From Lachnospiraceae bacterium (lineage in GTDB: Bacteria > Bacillota > Clostridia > Lachnospirales > Lachnospiraceae): a stretch of DNA of 64,000 bases. The stretch's first letter is position 1. Every line of letters starts with the position of its first letter. The notes under the pieces are model-generated. The model was given only the letters and a program-made list of their open reading frames with translations. It ran no database searches and was not told the DNA's origin. The translations under genes were made by a program, and so were the position numbers. Shown here piece after piece: positions 37,428 through 47,115 of this stretch. The DNA lies in the NCBI GenBank assembly GCA_045599565.1, contig JAZRWF010000065.1, positions 1,100 through 65,099 of the forward strand, in the 5' to 3' direction.

Positions 37428-38680
37428 TGGCAGAGAAGGTATACTCTGTAACAAAGCTTACCGAATATATATCCGGTCTTATTAATGAGGACTTTTTATT
37501 ATCCTCCCTGTCTGTTAGCGGGGAGGTTTCTAATTTTACAAGGGCTGCTTCAGGACATTTGTACTTCACTCTAAAGGAGGGAACTAATGTCCTAAATTGC
37601 GTTATGTGGAAAAGTGACGCGATGAGGCTTACGGCACTTCCAAAGAATGGCGATGAGATAGTCTGCAAGGGCAGGATGGATGTGTATGGCGGCATGGGTC
37701 GCTATCAGATGAAGGTCAGCTCCATGAAGGCTGTGGGCGAGGGAGACCTCATGCAGCAGTTTGAGGAGCTAAAAAGAAAGCTAAGTGCAGAGGGACTTTT
37801 TGACACTGCACATAAAAAGACCCTGCCGCAGTATCCAAGGCGAGTGGGTGTCATCACATCGCGCACAGGTGAAGTGATACATGATATTATAAACGTCGGA
37901 AGACGAAGGAATCCTGCAGTGGAGATAGTGCTTTGTAATTCTTTGGTGCAGGGAGCAGAGGCGCCTAAGGCTTTGACAGAGGCTCTAAAGCGGATGGATA
38001 AGCTGGGCTTTGATGTTCTTGTGATAGGACGCGGCGGTGGCTCCATGGAGGACTTGTGGTGCTTTAATGATGAGGGGCTGGCGAGAGCTATATATGCCTG
38101 CAGCACTCCCATAGTTTCTTCTGTGGGTCATGAGCCGGATTATACCATATGTGTCTTCGTGGCAGACAAGCGTGCGGCTACACCTTCAGAGGCTGCAGTG
38201 TTCGTTACATTTGACGCAGGAGCGCTGATACAGGGGTTGGATGAAAAGCAGCTGCACCTGTCTGGTCAAATGCTAGACTTAATAAAGAGAAAAGAGCTTA
38301 AGCTAAAAGCTTTGACAGAGCGCGTGAAGGGACATTCACCGGCGGGCAGGCTAGCGGTTTATGAGACGAAGCTAGGTGGTATGAAGGGGCGCTTCGACAG
38401 TCTTCTGGAAAAAAAGCTTTTGGAGAGAAAGCAAAGGCTTAAGGATATGTATCGAATAGAGGATATATTTTTGCATAAGCTGGCGTTGACAAAGAATCGC
38501 CTAGAGTCTGTGGTGGGAAGATTTATATCGGATAACCCTGCGAATAAGCTTATAGGAGGCTTTGGCTATGTGGCAGATGAGAAGGGTAAGCCTTTGGATA
38601 CAGTAGATAAGGTGAAGGCAGCGGGTGAATTTGATCTTAGAATGAAGGATGGTAGTATAAAATGTCAGACCATACGTTAG
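37427..38680 (+). CDS. xseA: exodeoxyribonuclease VII large subunit
   Basis: GEVSNF...SGHLYFTLK, RGGGSMEDLW.FN, VGHE.D, TPS motifs. Confidence 0.95.
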   Translation: MAEKVYSVTKLTEYISGLINEDFLLSSLSVSGEVSNFTRAASGHLYFTLKEGTNVLNCVMWKSDAMRLTALPKNGDEIVCKGRMDVYGGMGRYQMKVSSMKAVGEGDLMQQFEELKRKLSAEGLFDTAHKKTLPQYPRRVGVITSRTGEVIHDIINVGRRRNPAVEIVLCNSLVQGAEAPKALTEALKRMDKLGFDVLVIGRGGGSMEDLWCFNDEGLARAIYACSTPIVSSVGHEPDYTICVFVADKRAATPSEAAVFVTFDAGALIQGLDEKQLHLSGQMLDLIKRKELKLKALTERVKGHSPAGRLAVYETKLGGMKGRFDSLLEKKLLERKQRLKDMYRIEDIFLHKLALTKNRLESVVGRFISDNPANKLIGGFGYVADEKGKPLDTVDKVKAAGEFDLRMKDGSIKCQTIR

Positions 38681-38874
38681 AACAGGGCTTAACAGAGCTT
38701 GAAAACATGATAAAAAAGCTGGAGGACAAGGATTTGCCCTTGGAGGAGGCTTTTGAGATATACAAAAAGGGAATGGACGAGATAAAGCAGTGCCAGGGAA
38801 TACTGTCTGAGACTGAAAAGGCTGTGAAGGAGCTCATGGCTGACGGCTCACTTTCTGATTTAAAGGAGAACTAG
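38662..38874 (+). CDS. xseB: exodeoxyribonuclease VII small subunit
   Basis: LE..L..LE...LPLEEAF..Y..GM...C...L..E pattern; follows xseA. Confidence 0.92.
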   Translation: MSDHTLEQGLTELENMIKKLEDKDLPLEEAFEIYKKGMDEIKQCQGILSETEKAVKELMADGSLSDLKEN

Positions 38875-38876
38875 TC

Positions 38877-40565
38877 TTGCTTGAAAGTATTAATAAATCA
38901 AGTGATATAAGGGCTCTCGGCGAGGCGGAGTTAAAGACCCTCTCTGAGGAAATAAGACAGTTTTTGCTTGAAAAGGTGAGCAAATCCGGCGGACATCTGG
39001 GAAGTAATCTGGGTGCGGTGGAGCTTACATTGGCTCTTCATCTTTGCATGGATTTTCCCAAGGATAAGCTTGTATTCGACGTGGGACATCAGTGCTATAC
39101 ACATAAGCTATTGACTGGTCGAAAAGAGGGCTTTGATAAGCTAAGACAAGCTGGCGGTATGGCAGGCTTTCCAAAGCGAGAGGAGAGCGAAGCGGATGTT
39201 TGGAATTCTGGACATGCCTCGAACTCTATCTCGGCAGCTCTTGGGTTGGCCTATGCAAGAGATTTAAAGAAAACTGATGAGAAGATAGCTGTGGTGATAG
39301 GCGATGGAGCCTTAACTGGAGGCCAGGTATACGAGGCACTTAACAATGCTGCGAAGCTTACGACCCCGCTTCTTATCGTCTTAAATGACAATGAGATGAG
39401 TATCTCTAAGAATGTGGGCGGCATGTCTGATAACCTAGAGCATCTTAGAACATCTAAGAGATACACAGCAGCCAAGGCTAAGACAAAGGCAAGACTTGCT
39501 AAGCTTCCTGGTGGAAATGCTCTTATCAGATTCATTCAAAAGATAAAGCATTTGTTTAAGAGCCTTCGCATCACGAATATGGTGTTTGAGGATCTGGGCA
39601 TCACGTATCTTGGACCAGTGGATGGACATGATATCACTGCCATGAAGGCTAGGTTCAAGGAGGCCTTCAGCTATCCAGGTCCTGTAATTGTGCATGTTAT
39701 CACTAAAAAGGGCAAGGGTTACATGCCGGCGGAGACGAACCCAGCCATGTTCCATGGCGTCGGAGAGTTCGATATAAAGACAGGGCTGCCAGTGGGAAAT
39801 TATGTGACTACCTGGACTGATGTGTTCGGAAGGAGCCTTTGTGAGTTAGCTAAAAGCAATGAAAAGGTATGCGCCATAACAGCTGCCATGACATCAGGCA
39901 CTGGACTTAGTGATTTTTCTGTATCATTTAAGGACAGGTTTTTCGATGTGGGCATAGCTGAGGAGCACGCAGTGACATTTGCTGCGGGGCTGGCTGCTGG
40001 CGGTATGGTACCTGTGGTAGCTATTTATTCGTCATTTTTACAGAGGGCGTATGACCAGATTTTAGAGGACGTGTGCCTGCAGAAGCTGCATGTGGTATTT
40101 GCCATAGACAGAGCGGGCTATGTGTCTGGCGATGGGGAAACGCACCAGGGTGTATATGACATAGAGTTTTTAAAGTCCATGCCCGGCATAATAGAGCTGG
40201 CTCCATCTACCGATGTAGAGCTTAGGAAAATGCTGGATTGGGCTATAAATGTGTACGACGGCCCGGTAGCTATAAGATATCCTAGAGGTGCAGCTAATAC
40301 CTCACTTTATAGCGATGGAGACTTTAAGGAGCTAGAGCTTAAAAAGTGCGAGCTAATCCATCCAGTTGCCGTGGAGGATAGAAAGAGGGCTATCTGCTGC
40401 GTGGGCTTGGGCGCTGGCATGGAAAAGGCTTACGAAAGCTACAAGGCACATTTGGCGAAAAATGAGCCTTGTGCTCTGATAAATGCCAGATTTGTGGAAT
40501 TTGATGGTTTTAATGAATTATCAGATGATTATTTACGAGTAGAGTATTACATAGACAGAGTGTAG
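38877..40565 (+). CDS. dxs: 1-deoxy-D-xylulose-5-phosphate synthase, C-terminally shortened
   Basis: GGHLGSNLG, DVGHQ, GDGA..NDNEM, DVGIAEEH, DGETHQG, IRYPRG; ends about 23 aa after NARFV. Confidence 0.9.
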   Translation: MLESINKSSDIRALGEAELKTLSEEIRQFLLEKVSKSGGHLGSNLGAVELTLALHLCMDFPKDKLVFDVGHQCYTHKLLTGRKEGFDKLRQAGGMAGFPKREESEADVWNSGHASNSISAALGLAYARDLKKTDEKIAVVIGDGALTGGQVYEALNNAAKLTTPLLIVLNDNEMSISKNVGGMSDNLEHLRTSKRYTAAKAKTKARLAKLPGGNALIRFIQKIKHLFKSLRITNMVFEDLGITYLGPVDGHDITAMKARFKEAFSYPGPVIVHVITKKGKGYMPAETNPAMFHGVGEFDIKTGLPVGNYVTTWTDVFGRSLCELAKSNEKVCAITAAMTSGTGLSDFSVSFKDRFFDVGIAEEHAVTFAAGLAAGGMVPVVAIYSSFLQRAYDQILEDVCLQKLHVVFAIDRAGYVSGDGETHQGVYDIEFLKSMPGIIELAPSTDVELRKMLDWAINVYDGPVAIRYPRGAANTSLYSDGDFKELELKKCELIHPVAVEDRKRAICCVGLGAGMEKAYESYKAHLAKNEPCALINARFVEFDGFNELSDDYLRVEYYIDRV

Positions 40566-40568
40566 ACT

Positions 40569-41357
40569 ATGAAGCAAAGATTAGATGTTCTTGTATTTGA
40601 AAAAGGTTTAGCTCCATCCAGGGAGAAGGCCAAAGCCATGATTATGGAGGGGCTGATATTCGTGGATGGAAACCGCGAGGACAAGGTAGGAGCCCAAATA
40701 GATGAGGCCGCCTTAATAGAGGTGCACGGTGAGGTGATGCCTTACGTGAGCCGAGGCGGGCTGAAGCTTGAAAAGGCTATGAAGGAATTTAATATCGATC
40801 TAAGTGACATGGTCTGCATGGATATAGGAGCATCCACAGGAGGGTTTACTGACTGTATGCTTCAGAATCATGCTGCAAAGGTTTTCTCAGTGGATGTAGG
40901 CTACGGGCAGTTTGCCTGGAAGCTCAGGCAGGATGAGAGAGTCGTGTGCATGGAAAAAACTAACATTCGTTATGTTACTCCTGAGCAGATAGGTGAGCTT
41001 TTGGATTTTGCCAGCTGTGATGTATCATTCATCTCCCTGACAAAGGTGCTTCCAACTGCCATAGAGCTTCTTAAGGAAGACGGCACTATGGTTTGCCTTA
41101 TAAAGCCTCAGTTCGAGGCTGGCAAGGAAAAGGTGGGCAAGAAGGGTGTGGTAAGAGATCCACAGGTTCACAGAGAGGTGATAGAGTCTGTGCTTTTGTT
41201 CGCACAGAGCATCGGCTTTGGAGTGCTGGGACTTTCATTTTCTCCGATTAAGGGACCAGAGGGAAACATAGAGTACCTTTGTTACCTAAAAAAGGGAGCC
41301 GAGAGCCTTAGCTATGACATAGCTTCTATTGTATCAGCCAGTCATGAGGTGCTATGA
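40569..41357 (+). CDS. tlyA: TlyA family rRNA methyltransferase
   Basis: S4 domain, YVSRGGLKL, DIGASTGGFTD, LIKPQFE, GN.EY. Confidence 0.95.
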   Translation: MKQRLDVLVFEKGLAPSREKAKAMIMEGLIFVDGNREDKVGAQIDEAALIEVHGEVMPYVSRGGLKLEKAMKEFNIDLSDMVCMDIGASTGGFTDCMLQNHAAKVFSVDVGYGQFAWKLRQDERVVCMEKTNIRYVTPEQIGELLDFASCDVSFISLTKVLPTAIELLKEDGTMVCLIKPQFEAGKEKVGKKGVVRDPQVHREVIESVLLFAQSIGFGVLGLSFSPIKGPEGNIEYLCYLKKGAESLSYDIASIVSASHEVL

Positions 41358-42199
41358 AAAATTTCTTTATAATAGCCAGGAGCCTAGAAGCTCCATACGA
41401 TGAATATGTAGACAGAGTGGCTTCTTATCTTTGTTCTAAGGGTGCTATCGCCACAGTCATAGATGGACAGGCGGCATACGCTACCATAAATGACGGTGAT
41501 GCGCTTCAGATTCCAAAGGAATGTGAATGTGTTCTCACCATAGGGGGCGACGGTATAGTGGTTCGCGCAGCAGCACTTACCGCGGCAGTGGATATTCCAC
41601 TATGCGGTATAAACTATGGTCATCTTGGATATCTCTGCGAGATTACGCCAGAGGGCTTAGAGGCTGGGCTTGATAAGCTTCTTAGCGATGATTACTCGTT
41701 AGAGCGACGCATGATGCTATGCGGATACGAAGGTGACGAGCCATACGCGGATGCGCTTAACGATGTGGTTATCACATCGGCGGAGAGAGGACTTTCGGTT
41801 ATAAATCTGGAGGTATGGGTAAATGGCAGCTATCTTTACAGATATGACTGCGATGGTTTGCTTTTCTCCACACCTACGGGCTCTACTGCATATAACCTTT
41901 CTCTGGGAGGACCTATAGTGGCACCGGATGCCGAGTGTATCGTTATGACACCGATAGGACCTCACACCTTAAATTCAAGACCTATAGTCTTAGGTCCAAA
42001 GGATAGAGTGACTGTGACTTTAAAGTCCAGGAATCTTTTGGGCAATGAACAGGTAGTTGTGTGCTTCGACGGAGAGGAGAAAAAGACCTTAAATGTAGGG
42101 GGTCAGATCACTATCTCGGCGTCGCCGAACACCACCAGCATGGTAAAGCTGCTTGATTCTAGTTTCTTGGAAAGACTTAGAGTTAGAATGGCTGAATAA
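41354..42199 (+). CDS. nadK: NAD kinase
   Basis: GGDG, GHLGYL, LND, DG..STPTGSTAYNLS.GGP. Confidence 0.93.
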   Translation: MKNFFIIARSLEAPYDEYVDRVASYLCSKGAIATVIDGQAAYATINDGDALQIPKECECVLTIGGDGIVVRAAALTAAVDIPLCGINYGHLGYLCEITPEGLEAGLDKLLSDDYSLERRMMLCGYEGDEPYADALNDVVITSAERGLSVINLEVWVNGSYLYRYDCDGLLFSTPTGSTAYNLSLGGPIVAPDAECIVMTPIGPHTLNSRPIVLGPKDRVTVTLKSRNLLGNEQVVVCFDGEEKKTLNVGGQITISASPNTTSMVKLLDSSFLERLRVRMAE

Positions 42200-42225
42200 A
42201 GCCTTAATTAAGAAGGGAGTTCATT

Positions 42226-43695
42226 ATGTATTACATCGGCGTAGATCTTGGTACCAGTTCTGTTAAGCTTCTCATGATGGATGAGAAGGGTAAGGTAATA
42301 AACACTGTTACCAGAGAGTATCCTATTTATTTTCCAAATCCAGGCTGGAGTGAGCAAAAGCCTGAGGATTGGTGGGAGCAGAGCTTAGAGGGTATTAAGG
42401 AGCTGACAAAGGACTGTGATAAGTCTAAGGTAGCTGGCATAAGCTTCGGCGGACAGATGCATGGTCTTGTAATACTTGACAAGGATGACAATGTAATTCG
42501 TCCTGCACTTCTTTGGAACGATTCACGTACAAAGGAGGAGAACGATTACCTTAACAATGTGATTGGAAAGGATAAGCTTTCTGAGTACACAGCTAATATT
42601 TCATTCACTGGCTTTACTGCGCCTAAGATTCTTTGGGTAGCCAACAAGGAGCCAGAGAATTTCGCTAAGATTGAAAAGATAATGCTTCCAAAGGATTATC
42701 TTGCATATAAGCTCACAGGTGTTCACTGCACAGATGTTTCTGATGCATCAGGCATGCTTCTTTTAGACGTAAAGAACCGCAAGTGGTCTAAGGAGATGAT
42801 GGAAATCTGCAAGGTGAAGGAGAGCCAGCTTCCTAAGCTTTTCGAAAGCTATGAGTGCGTAGGAACACTTCTCCCTGAGGTGGCTGCAGAGCTTGGCTTT
42901 AGCAGTGATGTAAAGGTGGCAGCAGGTGCTGGAGACAATGCAGCAGCAGCCGTAGCTTCCGGCACTGTGGGAGATGGACACTGTAATCTTTCTATCGGAA
43001 CCTCAGGCACAGTATTTATCTCATCTAAGAACTTCGGTGTAGATAAAAATAATGCGCTTCACAGCTTCTGTGATTCAAACGGTGAGTATCATCTCATGGG
43101 CTGCATGCTCAGCGCAGCCAGCTGCAATAAGTGGTGGATGGATGAGATTTTACAGTCAAAGGAGTATGCTAAGGAGCAGGCAGCTATAGGTGAGCTTGGT
43201 CATAATCATGTATACTTCCTGCCATATCTTATGGGTGAGAGAAGCCCATATAATAACCCAGATGCAAGAGGTACATTTGTCGGAATGACTATGGATACCT
43301 CACGTGCTGATATGATTCAGGCAGTGCTCGAGGGTGTGGCATTTGGCCTTAGAGATTCACTCGAGGTAGCCAGATCACTTGGTCTTAAGATAGAGACCTC
43401 GAAGATCTGCGGAGGTGGCGCTAAGAGCCCACTCTGGCAGAAGATGATAGCTAATATTTTAGGTCTTAAGCTCGAAATCCTTGAGTCTGAGGAGGGACCT
43501 TCACTTGGCGGCGCTATGCTGGCTGCTGTGGCATGTGGAGAGTACGCTTCAGTGGAGGATGCAGCCAAGGCCATAATTAAAGTCGTAGATGTGGTAGAGC
43601 CAGATGAGAAGCTCACCGCTTTATATGAAGAGAGATATCAGAAGTATCGCACCATTTATCCAGCTTTGAAGGATGTGTACGAGGGTCTGATGTAG
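42226..43695 (+). CDS. xylB: xylulokinase
   Basis: GVDLGTS, GQMHG, WND.R, GDNAAAA, YLMGERSP, GGGAKS motifs (FGGY family, XylB type). Confidence 0.9.
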   Translation: MYYIGVDLGTSSVKLLMMDEKGKVINTVTREYPIYFPNPGWSEQKPEDWWEQSLEGIKELTKDCDKSKVAGISFGGQMHGLVILDKDDNVIRPALLWNDSRTKEENDYLNNVIGKDKLSEYTANISFTGFTAPKILWVANKEPENFAKIEKIMLPKDYLAYKLTGVHCTDVSDASGMLLLDVKNRKWSKEMMEICKVKESQLPKLFESYECVGTLLPEVAAELGFSSDVKVAAGAGDNAAAAVASGTVGDGHCNLSIGTSGTVFISSKNFGVDKNNALHSFCDSNGEYHLMGCMLSAASCNKWWMDEILQSKEYAKEQAAIGELGHNHVYFLPYLMGERSPYNNPDARGTFVGMTMDTSRADMIQAVLEGVAFGLRDSLEVARSLGLKIETSKICGGGAKSPLWQKMIANILGLKLEILESEEGPSLGGAMLAAVACGEYASVEDAAKAIIKVVDVVEPDEKLTALYEERYQKYRTIYPALKDVYEGLM

Positions 43696-43708
43696 TAGCT
43701 AGGAGACT

Positions 43709-46700
43709 ATGGACTACGAGATTATCGGTGGACAATTAAACAATGACGAATCAGATGCGGCCAGTATCGATAAAAAGATAGAGAATGCCGCTCGAGGAAA
43801 CGCATGGAATACCAAGGCCTTTTTGGAGGGCCTTGGTTTTTCTGCTTCTCAGCTTAAAATGGGCGATGTGATTTATGACAATAATAAGCCTTATGTAGTA
43901 AATCACAGTATGCTTCCTGCCGCGGACGGCGAGATAAATGCGACAGCCTTAGTATCCTCGAAAAACGATCCTGAGATGCGTGTATCCTTGTATTTTACAG
44001 ACAAGGAGATTTATAAGGTCGCATGTTCATGTAATGAATGCCGCAGGAATTATAATTATTACTATGGAAACTGCAGCTGCGGAAAGTCTGTGGCGGCGGT
44101 TTATACGCTTATAGATTATCTGAATGACATGCCGCTCATAGATATGACTGACAGGGCAGGAGATAATATTATCTCAGCCTACACCTATCTGTCAGCGCCT
44201 AAGGCTGATGAGAGCAAGGCCGGAACTATGCAGGAGGAGAAGCCGATAGAGCTTATTCCTGTGCTTACGCATGATGCAGTTAAGGGACTCTTTGCCACCT
44301 TTAAGCTCGGAAGAGAAAAGCTATATAAGGTAAATAATCTTTTTGAGATGCGAGATGCCTTTGAGGAGGGAGGAGACCTGGCTCAGGGAACATCCGCTAC
44401 TTTAGAGTGTAAGAAGAGTGCTCTAAGCGAGCAGTCTAAGAAGTGGTATGATTTTATATTAAATGTGCTGTCAGAGGAGGAGGAGCTGCAGAGGCGACTT
44501 TACGAGGGCGGTGCATATAAAAGGTCAGTGAAGAAATCTCAGGTAGACCTATTTGGAAGGAGACTGGACGATTTTTATGAGCTGATGGGTTCATCAGGTA
44601 TAGAGCTGACGGTAAAGAATTCCGGCGAAAAGAACACCTCGAACATAAAGCGAGGACAGGCAAGGTTCACTGGAACCATGAATATAGCACCCCTGCTTAG
44701 CGGTGATGATTTCGTGGGTGTAAGTGTGGATTATAAGCTGCCATCGTTTTTTAACGGCGTTTCTGACGCCTATATGGTAAATGAGAACGGCTATAACATA
44801 CTGGATAAGGAGTCTGTAGATTCACTCAGACCTTTCATGAATCTGTGGGCCAGCAGGAAAAAGAGCTTCACAGTGGGCGTAGCTCAGCTAAGTGATTTTT
44901 ATTCTGAGGTTATGCCAGGGGTGTCCGATTATATGGACATCACCGAGGAGAATCCAGAGCTTATAAATGAGCATGTTATGCCAAAGCCTAACTTTATTTT
45001 CAGCTTTGATTCAGCAGATGGAAATATTCTCATGGAGGCGAAGGCAAATTATGGCAGCCATGAGCATAATTTAATAGACCATGTGATTAAGAATCCTATA
45101 GAAGCCTACAGAAGTACCAGACAGGAGGAGCGCGCACTGGATTTAGTATATAAATACATGGGCGGCTATAACAGAGACCATAAGGTCTTCGTGCTTCCAA
45201 ATACCGATGAGGACGGGGTGTATGAGCTTCTGCACACTGGATTAAACGAGTTCATGGAGCTTGGGGTAGTTCAGGCTACCAATGCTTTCAAGAGCTTAAA
45301 TGTGATAAAACACATGAAGTTCACCATGGGTGTATCCATCTCATCTGGTCTTTTAGACCTCGAGCTAAACACTGATGAGGTGAGCAGGGATGAGCTTCTT
45401 GATATATTAAAGAGCTACAGGGCAAAGAAGCGCTACCACAGGTTAAAGAGCGGTGAGATGGTGGATCTTTCGGATGAATCTGTCGCAGCTCTGTATGATT
45501 TGTACCAGAATCTTAAGCTTTCTCCGAAGGAGTTTGTAAAGGGCAAGATGCATTTGCCGCTGTACAGAACGCTTTATCTGGACAAGCTTTTGGAGGCAAA
45601 TGAGGCGATTTACTCTGACCGTGACAAATACTTTAAGAACATGGTCAAGAGCTTTAAGACTGTGGCAGATGCGGATTACGAGGTGCCTGCCGAGCTAAAG
45701 AATACACTTAGAAAATACCAGCGAGAAGGCTACAGATGGATTAGAACCTTAGCATCCTATGGCTTGGGCGGAATACTGGCTGATGATATGGGTCTTGGCA
45801 AAACACTGCAGACTATCACAGCGCTAAAGGCCGCCAAGGAGGATGGCGAGGAGGGCTGTGATCTGATAGTTTGTCCAGCATCCTTAGTGTTCAACTGGCA
45901 GGATGAGTTCGCCAGATTCGCACCTGATATGAAGGTGCTTACCATAAGCGGAATGAAAAATGACCGCGACCTTTTGATTTCAAAGGCTACAGATTTCGAT
46001 GTAGTTATCACGAGCTATGACCTTTTAAAGCGTGATGTGGACCTCTATGAGGACATGACCTTTAATTATCAGGTGATAGATGAGGGTCAGTATATAAAAA
46101 ATCCTAGCACAGCTGCGGCGAAATCTGTTAAAATAATAAAGGCTAAGCACAAGCTGGCGCTCACAGGTACACCGATAGAGAACAGGCTGTCAGAGCTTTG
46201 GAGTATATTCGATTATCTGATGCCAGGCTTCTTATACGGCTATGAGACCTTTAGAACAGAGTTTGAGACGCCTATAGTGAAGCTTTCTGATGAGGAAGCG
46301 ACACTTCGTCTTCAAAAGATGATATCGCCATTTATCCTAAGGCGACTAAAGGGAGATGTGTTAAAGGAGCTTCCAGATAAGCTGGAGGAGAGTAGAAGTG
46401 TAGCCTTGGGTGAAAGACAGCAGGCTTTATATGATGCACAGGTAGCGCTTATAAAGAATACCTTAGAGTCTAAGGATGACAAGGAGCTGAATTCTTCGAA
46501 GCTTGAAATTCTTTCACAGCTTACGAGACTCCGTCAAATTTGCTGCGACCCTGCACTGTGCTTTGAGAACTACGAGGGCGGCTCAGCGAAGGTGGAGCTG
46601 GCGATGGACCTACTCGATACAGCTATAGACGGCGGACACAAGGTGCTTTTATTCTCGCAGTTTACCAGCATGTTAGAGATACTAAAGGCAAAGCTTAAGG

Positions 46701-47092
46701 AGCGCGATGTAGCATTTTATGAAATCACGGGTGCTACTAAAAAGGAGGAGCGCTTAAAGCTGGTGAACCGCTTTAACGAGGATGATACGCCAGTATTTTT
46801 AATATCGTTAAAGGCCGGCGGCGTGGGCTTGAATCTCACGGGAGCGGATATCGTCATGCACTATGACCCATGGTGGAATGTGGCGGCGCAGAATCAGGCC
46901 ACTGACAGGGCGCACCGCATAGGTCAGACGAAAAAGGTGACCGTATATAAGCTTATAGCGAAGGGAACCATAGAGGAGAAAATCCAAAAGCTTCAGGAGT
47001 CAAAGAAGGAGCTTTCGGACAAGATGCTTTCAGGGGAAGAGATAAGCGTTGGTTCACTTGACAGAAATGAAATATATGAGCTTCTTAGCTAG
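43709..47092 (+). CDS. bacterial SNF2-family helicase with SWIM-like Zn finger and SNF2-associated domain
   Basis: CSC..C...C.C, LADDMGLGKT, DEGQ, TGTPIEN, FSQFT, GLNLT, QATDRAHRIGQ. Confidence 0.93.
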   Translation: MDYEIIGGQLNNDESDAASIDKKIENAARGNAWNTKAFLEGLGFSASQLKMGDVIYDNNKPYVVNHSMLPAADGEINATALVSSKNDPEMRVSLYFTDKEIYKVACSCNECRRNYNYYYGNCSCGKSVAAVYTLIDYLNDMPLIDMTDRAGDNIISAYTYLSAPKADESKAGTMQEEKPIELIPVLTHDAVKGLFATFKLGREKLYKVNNLFEMRDAFEEGGDLAQGTSATLECKKSALSEQSKKWYDFILNVLSEEEELQRRLYEGGAYKRSVKKSQVDLFGRRLDDFYELMGSSGIELTVKNSGEKNTSNIKRGQARFTGTMNIAPLLSGDDFVGVSVDYKLPSFFNGVSDAYMVNENGYNILDKESVDSLRPFMNLWASRKKSFTVGVAQLSDFYSEVMPGVSDYMDITEENPELINEHVMPKPNFIFSFDSADGNILMEAKANYGSHEHNLIDHVIKNPIEAYRSTRQEERALDLVYKYMGGYNRDHKVFVLPNTDEDGVYELLHTGLNEFMELGVVQATNAFKSLNVIKHMKFTMGVSISSGLLDLELNTDEVSRDELLDILKSYRAKKRYHRLKSGEMVDLSDESVAALYDLYQNLKLSPKEFVKGKMHLPLYRTLYLDKLLEANEAIYSDRDKYFKNMVKSFKTVADADYEVPAELKNTLRKYQREGYRWIRTLASYGLGGILADDMGLGKTLQTITALKAAKEDGEEGCDLIVCPASLVFNWQDEFARFAPDMKVLTISGMKNDRDLLISKATDFDVVITSYDLLKRDVDLYEDMTFNYQVIDEGQYIKNPSTAAAKSVKIIKAKHKLALTGTPIENRLSELWSIFDYLMPGFLYGYETFRTEFETPIVKLSDEEATLRLQKMISPFILRRLKGDVLKELPDKLEESRSVALGERQQALYDAQVALIKNTLESKDDKELNSSKLEILSQLTRLRQICCDPALCFENYEGGSAKVELAMDLLDTAIDGGHKVLLFSQFTSMLEILKAKLKERDVAFYEITGATKKEERLKLVNRFNEDDTPVFLISLKAGGVGLNLTGADIVMHYDPWWNVAAQNQATDRAHRIGQTKKVTVYKLIAKGTIEEKIQKLQESKKELSDKMLSGEEISVGSLDRNEIYELLS

Positions 47093-47102
47093 CTCATTTT
47101 TA
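47076..47102 (+). terminator. hairpin overlapping the SNF2 stop codon
   Basis: ATGAGCT...AGCTCAT followed by T-tract. Confidence 0.45.
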
Positions 47103-47115
47103 TAAGGAGGGGGAA

